Assembly: GCF_006345805.1 (NCBI RefSeq)
Contig: NC_043011.1
Span: 42,544,464 to 42,608,463, forward strand
Length of the DNA stretch: 64,000 nt
Direction: 5' to 3'
DNA from: Octopus sinensis
Taxonomy: Eukaryota
Both the position numbers and the translations under genes were made by a program. How positions within the stretch are numbered: position 1 is the first letter of the stretch; each line of letters opens with the position of its first letter. Positions 50,691 through 63,143 of the stretch are shown here, piece after piece. The notes beneath the pieces were generated by a model. It had not been told where the DNA came from, ran no database searches, and saw only the letters and a program-made list of their open reading frames with translations.

Positions 50691-53556
50691 CTTCATATAC
50701 TACATATACTTGGACCAAGTACCATAGACCGAGTATATACCACAAGAAATATAAATATTATTAAAAATGATATGAACTATCCAGCAAGAATAAAGTACCA
50801 TAAAAGGTAGAATTATAAATATGAATATACAAAGAGGATGTACACAAAGTACGATCATTATCATTTAACGTCTGCTTTCCATGCTGGCATGTGTTGGATG
50901 GTTTGACTGAGAACTGGCAAGTCGGTAGGCTGCACCAGGCTCCAATCTGATCTGGCAAGGTTTCTACAGCTGGTTGCCCTTCCTAATGCCAATCACTCTG
51001 AGAGTGTAGTGGGTGCTTTCTACATGCCACCGGCACAGGTGCCAGTCAGGTGGTACTGGCATTGACCACATTCAGGTGGTGCTTTTTATGTGCCACCGGC
51101 ACAGAAGCCAGTTTTGGGGGGGTCACTGGCGTCAACCATGATTGGATTGTGCTTTTTACGTGGCACCGGCATGGGAAGCCAATCAGGTAGCACTGGCATC
51201 GAGCCACTCTTCATAGCTAGAAGTAGCAGCCGGTAAGCTATCGGCATTATGTAGAGCTTCATTGAATATTTACAGGCAGAGATGTTTGTGGGCAGTAAAT
51301 ATAGGAAAATTCTGTCTTACCAGCTGCTATTTCTATCAATGATCGTACTTCGTGTACATCCTCTTTGTATATTTATAATTCTACCTTTGATGGTGCTTTA
51401 TTCTTACTGGACAGTAATATCAGTTTTAATAATATATTTTTTTCAGCCAAGTAAACAGGCAGGGACATATGGATATTTTAAAATTTGGTCATCAATGGTA
51501 GATTCAACTGGAAATGACCAATCGGATTCGAGCTCATGCACGTGATCCGAAAAGTTTGAAACTGCAGTATTGTTTATCTTTCATTCCTCTAACAGTGTCT
51601 ATAGAGGTCAGACAGAATTTTCCTCTATTCACCGTCTGCAAAGATCTGTACTTGTAAACATTCAGTGAAGCTCTACATAGCGGTGATAGCTTACCGGCTG
51701 CTATTTTTAGAACTGATCATACTTCATGCACATCTGCTTTGTGTGTATACACACACACACACACATATATATATATATCTTTTGCTATAAACTATGTTTT
51801 GTGATCAGTAAATAAATTTTACTGATAATATGATATATTTGCAGATGGGTTGCAGTCATCTCAGCGAGCGAGGCAGGCTACTCTGGACTGACGATGAGCA
51901 ATACACTCAGAAGCATATGTCTTCAGGTGCCTCGTCCCGGCATGCGGGGGGGTGATTGCCCCCCCCCCGCAAATATAAGAACACAGAAAATGTGTCAAAG
52001 CCGACAGGAGATGTCGACGTTTCCTAGGGCTAAATGGCGCTGGTGTAATTCCCTAACGGGACTGTCACATTGAGTTGACAGTATACGACCACTATATGTT
52101 TTTTTTTCTGAACTGGAAAAAAATTCAAGGTGGCTTGTATTTGCTTAAAAGATAGTTGGCGACATGTTTACAAGGCATTAACTGTTCAGTTCTTTTGTTT
52201 GAACTGTTGGTGTCTTGACTCAAAATTCTCAGTTTTTCACTCAAAGATCACACCACATCTTTGATTTGAAGCACCCAATCCTGTATGGTTGTACATTATC
52301 TAGACCAGATAATTTTGAATTCATGAGGACTTGTCTCATCCAAGCAGTAGCACATTTTCTGTCAGGGCTGACAAGTGAATATTAATTCTCATAATAGCAA
52401 CTATGTTTTAGGTTCATCACTACTGTTTACTATCAACTTTGCCAGACAGTTACTGTCTACTGGACTGTTCTCTTTGAGTTCTACAATTGCATGATCTTTG
52501 TTGGCTAGCTGTTTGCATCTTTCTTCCGTTCAGTTTCATGGTATTCTAACCTGATACAACACCCAGAATTTATGCAAGCTCAATAACTAACCTTAAATCA
52601 CAGTTTCTATTCAATATTTTTCTATACCTGTGCCCTGCCAATAAATTGTGATCTATTAAATTAAGAAATTCTCTAGCTACATTAGTTTTTACTACTAGAT
52701 TAAATACTGGGTTATACTATAAACTGTTCCATTTCCTATTTTTATGCTGCATATTCCCTACATTTTTTTTTATGTATTTAATCTTACTAGGTTTTACTTA
52801 TGTTTCCATAACTTAGCAGTGTAGTAAAAGAGAATAGAATAATCATCAGACTTAAAAAGCAAGTCCCGTGATTGATTTGTTCAGTTAGACACTTCAAGGC
52901 AGTACTCCAGCATGGCCACAGTCCAATGATTGAAAACAAATGAAAGATAAAAATTAGAATTTCTCATTTAAGATTTCATGCTAATTTATGTTCCAAATGC
53001 CAGCTTACTAATGACAAATTAATTTCCTATATTCTTAATTATTTTCCAAATTAATTACAAAAATAACAAACTATTTCCTCAGAAATGTAGTGAAAAGGTC
53101 AAAGCCCACCAACCCCTTTGCCTAAAGCAGGCCTTCACTTTTCTCCAGGCGATAATTCTTTCATCAAGGTTAAACAAGAGATTGTTTCAAGAGACACAAC
53201 CTAAATTTTTTTTTTTTTTTTTTTTTTTTGCAAATGAGATATAAATAACGAATAAAAATTATTTGTATCTTGTTTTCCTTCTTACCATCACATTGACATT
53301 TTCTGTTACCGTGATGGAAATGGAAAAGAAAGTTCAGATTAAGTAGTTTGAAATCTCCTGGAAGACTAAGGAACAATAGAAATTGTGTAACCAGCTACAA
53401 GGAATAATCGCTAAAAGAATCTGATTGAAATAGCTGTCACTTTGACAGCACTGTTATACTAATCTAATAACATATATGAAGTAAATTTGTGAGCAAAAAT
53501 ATAAATAAATGTAAAATATTACTGTTCGTTTATGTGATTGTTCTCTTCTGTTTTAG

Positions 53557-53661
53557 TGATATCCAAACAAGATAATAGCGTCAGCAAAAAAATGAAAGAA
53601 TATGAAAAAGCTAAAAATTATTTCATTGAGAGATTGGGTTTGCATTTCAAGAAGACGTCAA
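53557..53661 (+). CDS. SPC25: SPC25 coding exon 4, end of coiled coil and start of RWD head (LISKQDNSVSKKMKEYEKAKNYFIERLGLHFKKTS)
   Basis: Acceptor ttctcttctgttttAG, 105 nt, donor A|GTAAGC, phase 1-1. Aligns without gaps to human SPC25 as I recall it ([35 protein letters not shown]), including the RLGL motif. Confidence 0.9.
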
Positions 53662-55915
53662 GTAAGCTAATTTGTTTATTTTTTTTATTATTGTTTTTAT
53701 TTCTGTGTGAATTTTATTTTGCTTTACCTGCAATGTGTGTTGTCTCTGTCTTTCGGTTCCAGTCATTTTGGCAGACTTTCTCTTATTTTCTTACAAGCAA
53801 ATTAATTGGAGTTCTTGTATGATAGTGATTTTTTTCGTTACCCCGCCCCCTTATCCCTCTCTCATCTCCTTTTTATTTTTTTCACCTTTACCTTTGTTGT
53901 TACTAAGACTTCCCATATATAGTTGTTCTTACGCCTCCTTTCTTGCAATATAAAAATAAAATAAACAATTGGAAATCTTGTGTGTGTGTGTGTATGTGTG
54001 TGCGCGCACACGCTTATGCCATAAATGTGAGCTTAGTTGTGTGGTTAAGGAGTTTGCTTCCCAACCATGTAGTCTCAGGTTCGGTCCCACTGCATGTAAC
54101 TTTGGGCAAGTGTCTTGTAGATAGCCCCAGGCCAACCAAAGCCTTGTAAGTGAATTATATATATACACACACACATACACTTTTCTTTCAGAGTATCATT
54201 ATAACTCTCCAACAAGCAATAATGTGAAACTCTGAGTAACAGTTTGTGGAGATTCTTTTGGATTTAATAGGAAACATATTACTTCAGTAGTTGAGTAATA
54301 TTTTTTCTACCTTGTTTTGTATTCATGTTCCCACTTGTGTGTGAGTGTGTCTATATATATATATGCTAAATGAATAAATATTCAAATATGTTTATATAGA
54401 TATTGTTATTAATTATTTTCATTAGTAAAATGAATAATAACAATAATAATACAGGTGGCCAACAAGCAGAAGCCGATAACTGACAAAGCCAAAATTTTGT
54501 AATTAATTTATAATTATATTAGGGCACATGTGGTGCCAGCATTGTTGTGAAAATCAAACTCGAAAAATCCTCTAAGAAAACCACCAATCACTGGAAAAAT
54601 AAGCACAACAGAAATTGGGCTACAAGCAAAGACATTAACTTAGCATCTTGACAGAAAGCTGTAGAATGAGGAAATAGATATCTCTGGATCAACTGATATC
54701 AAATTTTGAGAGTTTACTTCCCTTAATTCTCATCAGCAGGTCTCACTATATACCTAGGGTTAAAAACTTTGCTCGATTCATTGTGCTTGGTAACTGTTGA
54801 AAGCTAGCGCCAAATTCAAAAATGGTGTCAGTGAATAAAATGACTAAATAAATAGATATTCAAAAATAATTATATAGATCATCATCATCATTTAACATCC
54901 ATTTTCCATGTTAGCATGGGTGGGATGGTACCACAAGAGCTGGCCAGGCCGAAGCCTGCACTGAACTTCTGTGACAGTTTTGGCAGATTTTTTACAGCTG
55001 GATGCCCTTCCTAATGCCAACCACTCAGCAGAGTGGACTTAGTGCTTTTTATGTGGCACAACCACAGGTAAGGTGAGTAGTGCTTTTTATGTGGCACAAG
55101 CGAGGTTAGTTTTGGCAAGGTTTTTATAGTTGCTCTTCCGAACACTAACCACTTTACAGGGTTTGTACTTTGGGTCCACTTCAGATTAAACTGGATGAAG
55201 AAAGTGTTTGATGTTTAGTGTCCAGTAGAAGGGAGGAGTGTTGCTATTTATAGGAACTTTACCTAGAGCTCACCTAGCCGTAGTTGTAGGTGGAACATAT
55301 TCTTAAAGTAGGTCATGGTTGGCTTTTTTTTTTTTTTTGCAGTGTTCTTAGTATTTCTCATTAGTTTTGTGTACTACCTGTTGCATAGAGTACATTGTCC
55401 ACTTAGAAGTATTTTGTTAGCTTTGATTCATTTTGTGCAGTTTTGGTTGCTTGTTTATTAGTAACGTGTATATTATTCTGCCTAAATAGAGAATTCCCCA
55501 AAATAGTACGTGGTCTATACATGGATGATGCACTTTTCACCCTGTTTAACCCCTCCAACCTAGAAATAGAAAAAAAATTAGGAAGAAATTATTTTTTAAG
55601 AAGGTAGGGCTTTCTATATCAATAGAAGAAGAACATAACTCACTTACTAGATGTTACGCTAGATCTAAGTACTGGAATATACAAGCCATATCACAAACCA
55701 AATGCAAACCTTAAGTACATACACAAAAGTTGTAATCACCCTAGATGTATAACCCAATCAATAATAGAGCAAATATCTACCCAGATTTCAGATCTTTCAG
55801 CAAACAAAGAAATATTCAAATTAAATGAAGATTACTATAACTTAGCACTAGAGAAGGTGGGATACTTGGAAAAATTAAAATTCTGCAACAGAAACACTGA
55901 TAGAATAAATGCATA

Positions 55916-56320
55916 TAGTAAGATGACTGGCTTCTGTGCCGGTGGCATATAAAAAGCACCATCCGAACGTGGCTGATGCCAGCGCCGCCCCGACTGGCTC
56001 CTGTGCCGGTGGCACATAAAAAGACCATCCGAACGTTGCCAGCGCCGCCTTGGCTGGCTTCCGTGCCGCTGGCACGTTAAAAGCTCCAACCGATCGTGAC
56101 CGATGCCGGACTCCCCCCCCCCCCGGCACCTGTGCAGGTGGCACGTAAAAAGCACCCACTACACTCGCGGAGTGGTTGGCGTTAGGAAGGGCATCCAGCC
56201 GTAGAAACTCTGCCAGATCAGACTGGAGCCTGGAGCAGCCCCTGGCTTCCCAGACCCCGGTCAAACCGTCCAACCTGTGCTAGCGCGGAAAACGGACATT
56301 AAACGATGATGATGATGAAG
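55916..56320 (+). mobile_element. RTE 3'-UTR fragment nested in the Penelope-like element
   Basis: CpG-rich copy ending (GAT)n that interrupts the PLE RT-linker region. Confidence 0.88.
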
Positions 56321-56564
56321 ATAGACAATCCTAACATTAGTTACAGAATACTTGATAACCTAAACAGCACCACAGACTACCTAGGGAAGACAGAGAGGAT
56401 GCCTATAAAGGTGGGAAGTTTGAAAACATAGAACTTCGCCACAGAGTACCTGACAATAAAAGGAAGTGTTGGTGTTTAAAGGGATTTGTACCCCATACAG
56501 AATTAAATAACCAGAATAGCAATTAGAAGCATTAATAAGCTGCACCTTAGTAGAGGAGAAAACC

Positions 56565-56797
56565 TATTTCTCTATTACCCACAAGGGGCTAAACATAGAG
56601 GGGACAAACAAGGACAGACAAACGGATTAAGTCGATTATATCGACTCCCAGTGCGTAACTGGTACTTATTTAATCGACCCCGAAAGGATGAAAGGCAAAG
56701 TCGACCTCAGCAGAATTTGAACTCAGAACGTAGCGACAGACGAAATACTGCTAAGCATTTCGCCCGGTGTGCTGATGCTTCTGCCAGCTCGCCTAAG
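56565..56797 (-). mobile_element. SINE family B nested in the Penelope-like element, 10-bp TSD
   Basis: GGAGAAAACC at 56555-56564 and 56798-56807. Confidence 0.9.
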
Positions 56798-57745
56798 GGA
56801 GAAAACCACTACTGAAACTTGACTTGTCCTACAAACAATTATACCAAAAATATTTCTAATACTACAGAGTGGTATATAATTCCATTCAGGAAACAGGTAG
56901 CTTCAGACCTTCCTAATGTGTTCTATTCAGTGTTGGAAAGACACTTTCCTAGAAATAGCAAATACTACAAAAAATTTTAGTACATATAGAGCTCAACTGG
57001 CTTTTTCTTATAGCGGTAATCTCGCACAAATTATAGCTGCTCACAATGGAAACAAGATTAGCAACTACCGGGAAGATCATGATAACAAGAATACATATAA
57101 TAGATTAATAGTAAATAACAACAATATTAACATAAGCAATGAAATTGTAATTAATCACACTAGGTGTCAGAGGAGATATTTTGATAGAACTTGCGTTCAA
57201 AGAGAAACAACCCTAGAATACTCTCTCATGAGAAACTAGAACTGCTAGTAAGTGCTGTACCCAAAATGACATCATTAGAGGCATCAGAAATAACTTGGAA
57301 AATAATTCAGGGAAGATCACTAGTAAAGCTAACATCGCAAATAATAATAGAAATAAACAAACTAGTCTCTGTTGCTGTGCAAAAAATAGGTGTCTGTTAA
57401 ATTCTAAATGTAAAACAGAAAATGTCTACAAATGTAAAGTTACCTCTGAAAATAGGATATACTTTTATATTGGTGCAAGTGCACTCTTTGTCAAACAAAG
57501 GTTTGCTAATCATTTAAGTTCATTTAAAGATAGGGTAAAAATAAATAATACTAGCCTAAGTAAGTTAATTTGGTCGCTTAAAGATAAAAACAAAATCTAT
57601 TTAATTGATTGGGAAATAATTAGTGCCGCTAAAGCTTATAAAATAGGTGGAAAGAGATGTGACTTATGTGTGGAAGAACTGTACCAAAATCTTCAAAATA
57701 TACATGAGTAAACACTTAAGAACAAGCACTGAGATGTCTTCACGC

Positions 57746-59093
57746 TTAACTACCGACTGGTTTCCCTTACATCAATAATCAGCAAGATGTTCGAAACCAT
57801 CCTTAAGAAAAGTATGATGCCCCACCTCCTAAACACAGCCTCGATCACTGATTCCCAACACGGCTTCGTGCCGAAGAGATCATGCTTGACCAACTTACTA
57901 GTAATGGAAGAATTGGTGACGCGCATCCTCGATGATAGTGATGCTGTTGACATCGTTTTATTGGACTTTGCCAAAGCTTTTGACTCGGTAAACCACCGCC
58001 TACTACTTGTCAAGCTTCAAGCATATAGTTTCCATCCGGATATTGTACGATGGGTTGGTGCCTTCCTCTCAGATCGCTCCTTCCAAGTTCAAGTTAATGG
58101 TTCGCGGTCCGACGTCTCCAGTGCGAGGCAGTGGCGTGCCTCAAGGTTCAGTGCTTGGGCCCTTGTTGTTCTTAGTCTTCATAAATGACTTGCCCGACGA
58201 CCTCATGCAACACACCCTTCTATTTGCCGACGATATCAAACTGGTCGCTCCTCGCTGGTAGTATAGAGGATCTTCGTCGATGCCTCCACCAAATTTGGAA
58301 GTGGTCTAACGATTGGGACCTGTGTCTGAACGTGTCAAAGTGCTGTCATCTGCCTGTCGGCTCTACTCCTGCAACTCAACTTGATTTCGAGCCGGGTCGT
58401 CTGCTGCTGGAGAGGACCGATCAGGTAAAGGACCTGGGTATCTTGGTGGATTCCTCCTTTTCGCCTTCGGCCCAGTGCGTCCATGCTGCCAACAAAGCGC
58501 GCGGAATTCTGTTTTTGATTCGACGGTCATTCGGAATGCTCACAGCAGCCATATTCCTGCCACTCTATGTCACGCTGGTGAGACCATATTGGAGTATGGG
58601 ATTCAAGCCTCTTCTCCTTATCTCCTCAAAGACATACAGCACCTCGAAAGAGTCCAGAGGCTGGCTACCCGCATGGTTCATGGTCTCAAAATTTGTCCTA
58701 CGAAGAAAGGCTGAGGAGGCTCGACCTTTGTTCTCTTGAAAAACGCCGCCGCCGTGGTGATCTCATTCTCATAAGCGGGAAGTGTAACCTCTCGAAAGAG
58801 CTGTTCTTCACTCCTGCTCCGGAGCGTCGGCTGCGGGGTCATTCCGAAAAGCTCTACCTGCGACGATTTCATCTCAATCGAAGGAGAGGAGCTTTCTCCG
58901 TCCGGGTTGCGGATCCGAGGAACAAGCTGCCAGACGAGATGGTGAAGATGCCGACGACCGCTTTGTTCAAAGCCTCCCTGGACCTCAAGTGGCTGAACTC
59001 TTTACATGAACACCACCCTGTACTTAACTCCATGTCCCCCTACATGGCCTTGCTATTTGCTTTTGAGCCAAATTAACTAACTAACTAACTAAC
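57746..59093 (+). mobile_element. 5'-truncated CR1-clade LINE inserted in the Penelope 3' end
   Basis: [81 protein letters not shown]. (TAAC)n tail. Confidence 0.93.
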
Positions 59094-59750
59094 AAATAGA
59101 TTTTTAGTTGGTTCAAATAAATGCAATACTAATAAATGAGCAACCAAAGCCCCCAAAAATGAATCAAAGCTAACAAAATACTTCTAAGTAGACAATACTG
59201 CAAAAAAATATAATAAAGACAGCCTTGATCTATTTCAAGAATATGCTCCACGTACAACTATGGCAGTTCTTAATGCACATGACTGATAATATTGCAAGGT
59301 TGCATTTGCAACAATGTGCAATCACTGCAGTGGAAAACATGCATAGGTCATGATGATATGCTGTAAATGACTAAAAAAATAAATTATTGATGTGCAAATC
59401 TCCATTCTCCTTATTATTGATATATTTATTATATACTGGTACTTATTGAAAGAGTACAATGGACTTACCATGAGGAGTGGCAAGTTCAATGCTTCAGACA
59501 GTGTCCTTCTTGGAGAAGTTGAAAAGAAAGAAAGAAATAATTTCACCTTAGAAAACGTAAAACTCTGTCTCTCATTTATTTGTCTCCTCTTAACTTTTCC
59601 CTGAAGAAGAACTCTTCCTGAAACGTTAGATTTTCCACTGCTCATGGTAACTTCATTGTATGCTTTTTATTAATTTTACTACAAAAGTCTTGTCAATGCA
59701 GACCAACAGCAGCCTCTTATGAACCAGTTTCATCATATATATATATATAC

Positions 59751-60440
59751 ATGTGTTACCACTAGAATAAGAATAGCCTGGGCAAAGTTTAGAAAGCTTC
59801 TACCCCTACTGGTGATAAGGGGCCTCTCGCTCAGTGTGAAAGGTAGATTGTATGATGCATGTGTGCAAACTGCTACGCTTCACGGCAGTGAAACATGGGT
59901 CATGACTGCGGAGGACATGTGTAGGTTCGAAAGAAATGAAGCTAGCATGATCCACTGGATGTGCAATGTCAGTGTGCACACATGACAGAGTGTAAGTGCC
60001 CCGAGAGAAATGTTGGACATAAGAAGCATCGGTTGTGGTGTGCAAGAGAGATATTTACGCTGGTATGGTCATGTACTACAGATGGATGAAGAGAGATGTG
60101 TGAAGAAGTGTCACTCCCAAACAATCCAGGGTAGAGGTAGACCCAGGAAGACATGGGGATGAGGTGGTCAAGCATGACCATTGAATGTTGGGCCTCACAG
60201 AGGCAATGACGAAAGACTAAGACCTCTAGAGATATGCTGTGACTGCAAAGACCCGGCAAATAAAGTGAGTTCATGGCTGTATCCGACACCAGTTTCGCAT
60301 AACCAGCCCCAGCCCATTCAAAAGTTCCTTGGATTGTAGGGTGACCTACAGTGCTTGAGGAGACCTATTGAGTCAAGTGCATCAAAATAAAAATCAAATG
60401 GAAATTGTAGTTGTGATACCCATGCTGGTGGCATGTAAAA
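59751..60440 (+). mobile_element. RTE ORF2 C-terminal fragment
   Basis: TRIRIAWAKFRKLLPLL..LHGSETW, RWYGHVL, RGRPRKTW. Collinear with about 31620-32300. Confidence 0.85.
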
Positions 60441-60952
60441 AGCACCATCCGAATGTGGCTGATGCCAGCTTTGGACAACCTGAAACTATAGCAGAAGACA
60501 TTTACCCAAGGTGCCATGCAGTGGGACTGAACCCAGAACCACGTGGTTGGGAAGGAAGCTTCTCACCACACAGCTATGCCTACACCATATGGCAAATTTC
60601 CATTTGTTCCTGGGTAGATTTAATCTTTAATTTAACAGGAGTGGCAACATTGCCTGAGCAATAACATGACTCATGGATGAGAGGTGTTCTTTTTTTCACA
60701 ATCTGTGAAATTTTCTAACTTTGTGGACTCCTCTTGAGGTGTAAGGTATGACTATGCAATTAAAAAATCCATTACCCAACCATCTGGTTTCAGGTTCAGT
60801 CCCACTGTATGATACCTTGGCAAATGTTTTTTATAGGTCTAAGTTGCCCAGTCTTAGAAGATTTGGTGTGTGTGTGTGTGTTTCCTTGTCTTGATGTTGC
60901 ATAGCTTTGAGTGTGACCATGACTGTGAAGTCATTTCTTTCTAATCCTTTAA

Positions 60953-62036
60953 CCCTTTCGTTACTATATTTCTGACCAAATTACACCCCTTATGTGTTTC
61001 AATTAATTTCTAACGTAATCATAAATTTAGTCTGGTTTCATTAAACAACTATAACTTTTTTATTTATCGATATATTAATCTGATTTTTGGAAGATAATTT
61101 AATGAAATATTCTCAACCAATTCTATACTATAATTTTTGTCACAAAGTGACTCTAATTGCAGGTAGATACAGGTAAATTCAACAATATATAAAATTATTA
61201 AAATTTTGTTGAAACATCGCTATAGAAAATGGGTTATTAGCTAATATTCAATTGGGTATACAACAAAATTTTATGATAGAATTTGTTATTCTGGGTAACT
61301 TTCTGATACCCATAATAATATTTATGGCAAAATAGTCTTAATTTCATTTAAGGTTGTGGGAAACCACAAACTATCGTTTCTTTCACTTTGTTTACGTTTA
61401 GCGTAACGGTTCGTTTCTGCCGTAATGATTTCAAATAGGCTCATTCGAAAAAGTAAATAGAAATAGTCTAAGGCCTTACCCTTCTGGGAAAGTCTGTGGC
61501 TTGGTCCAGTTTCTTCAGAAAAATCACCGAAAAAACAGTTTTTAAATTTTCACTCCATTCAGGTGCCAATTCGTTTTCTTTATCGCTATCGGAGATCTCA
61601 GATTCACTGTTTTCACTTTCGGAAAATGAAACATCAGATTCATTATCAAATACCACATGCTTTTTTTTTCAGTCATAGAGTTAGATTTATGAAGGTCTTC
61701 AGTAGAAAATCCTTCGAATTCTGACTCGCTGCTTGATATAATGAAATTCGTATCCATTTTTTGTCAGAATTACAAATTTTGAAAACACAATAGGAACAAA
61801 TTTCGGAAAAAAATCTCTCAAAATTCACGGAATTAAAATTACACTTCGATTATTGTACAAAACTGTAGTTGAACTGTTTACGAAGTATAATACGTGTTTT
61901 CACGAATGTACTGAAGAGATTTGCTCTGATATTCTCATTTAAATATGAATAGGTAAATTCGGGCGGCTTTGGGCGGTTTGGTCTCATAAACCAAAATTTT
62001 TTTCGGGCGGCTTTGGGCGGTTTGGTAATGAAAGGG
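60953..62036 (-). mobile_element. Internally deleted piggyBac element
   Basis: TTAA|CCCTTTCGTTAC ... GTAATGAAAGGG|TTAA. Subterminal direct repeat TTCGGGCGGCTTTGGGCGGTTTGGT x2. Acidic transposase N-terminus MDTNFIISSSESEFEGF..ESEISDSDKENELAPEWSENL. Confidence 0.85.
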
Positions 62037-63111
62037 TTAAGGAAGAATCCCCTTGCTTGGAAACAATGAGGGTTGGTAATATGATGAGCATTCAGTTGAA
62101 GGAAATCTGTTGACAAAATCTGTCTGACTCGTGTGGGCATTAAAATGATGATGATGAGGAAACTTGCTGGAAGGAATAAAAGAGTGAAAAATAGATATGA
62201 GGAAAAGGGTATAGGAACAGCTATTAAAATATGAATAGCATGATGGGATGGTCACAGTTGGATTGCCTTTTGGTCATTTGATTACTGAACTGCTCAGTTG
62301 GAGCTAAACATCAACAAGAATAATATTTAACTTACAATGAGCTTGTTTCATAAGTAGGTAGAGTTCATAGTTTTAACCCATGGTATTCAGATAATTCTCG
62401 CAAATATAATGCAAAACATGTAGCATATTAGGGCTCGATACGGCCAGTTTAAATGCTAAACAGTTAGAATGTCGAGTTGAATTATAATTTGGGGTTAATT
62501 CGTTATCTTGTTTACTATTAGTGTTAACCCCCTATGCTTGCTCTTGTGGGTTTGGACCAAGCAACCAGAAACCATTTTAGTGCCCCCACCCCCCATCCCC
62601 GATTCCTCCAAGTTTTCCATCCAGAAATTATCAGCAACATCACCAGGAGTTCAATCTCCTCATGACTTCCTTTCAATTATAGAAAACATTAACAAAAAAA
62701 AAAAATAAATAAAAATAATGAAATAAGAATAAAATATAGAAATATAGAAACGGAATTTAAAAAAAAAATTTAAATCAACAACAACAACAACAACAAAAAG
62801 AAAAAGGAGAGGTGTGAAACAGATAATGAGATATTAACGAAAATAATGAAAAAATATTAATATAGTAAGGCTTGATTTTTATTCCATTTTTGGTTTGTGT
62901 ATATTTCTGAATATGCCTGCTGTTGCTATGGTGTTGTGATGGGAAGGTGGTCGTGGGGGCAGTGGACAAATTCTTAGGGCAAAATTGAAAGACCACCTCT
63001 ATCAATTGTTAGTGGAGAGTGAAGTGGCTGTTGAGATTTCATTCAGTAAATATCCCTGGTTTGACATTAGGTTGGGGGAATTAATTTAAATAATAATAAT
63101 AATAGTTTAAG

Positions 63112-63143
<32 letters not shown>

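Larger units (their letters stand above)
55490..57745 (+). mobile_element. Penelope-like element: RT C-terminal part and GIY-YIG endonuclease, degenerate
   Basis: GLYMDD, LDVTLDLSTGIYKPYHKPN..YIHKSCNHP, HFPRNSKYYK, CCAKNRCLLNSKC..VYKC..FYIG..KQRFANH..TSLSKLIW..WEII..RCDLC. Probable further remnants at about 54540-54720 and 59094-59660. Confidence 0.9.

Noticed and set aside
59392-59604. Hydrophobic 70-aa ORF
   Set aside because: AT-rich low-complexity sequence within the Penelope 3' region. No splice support.
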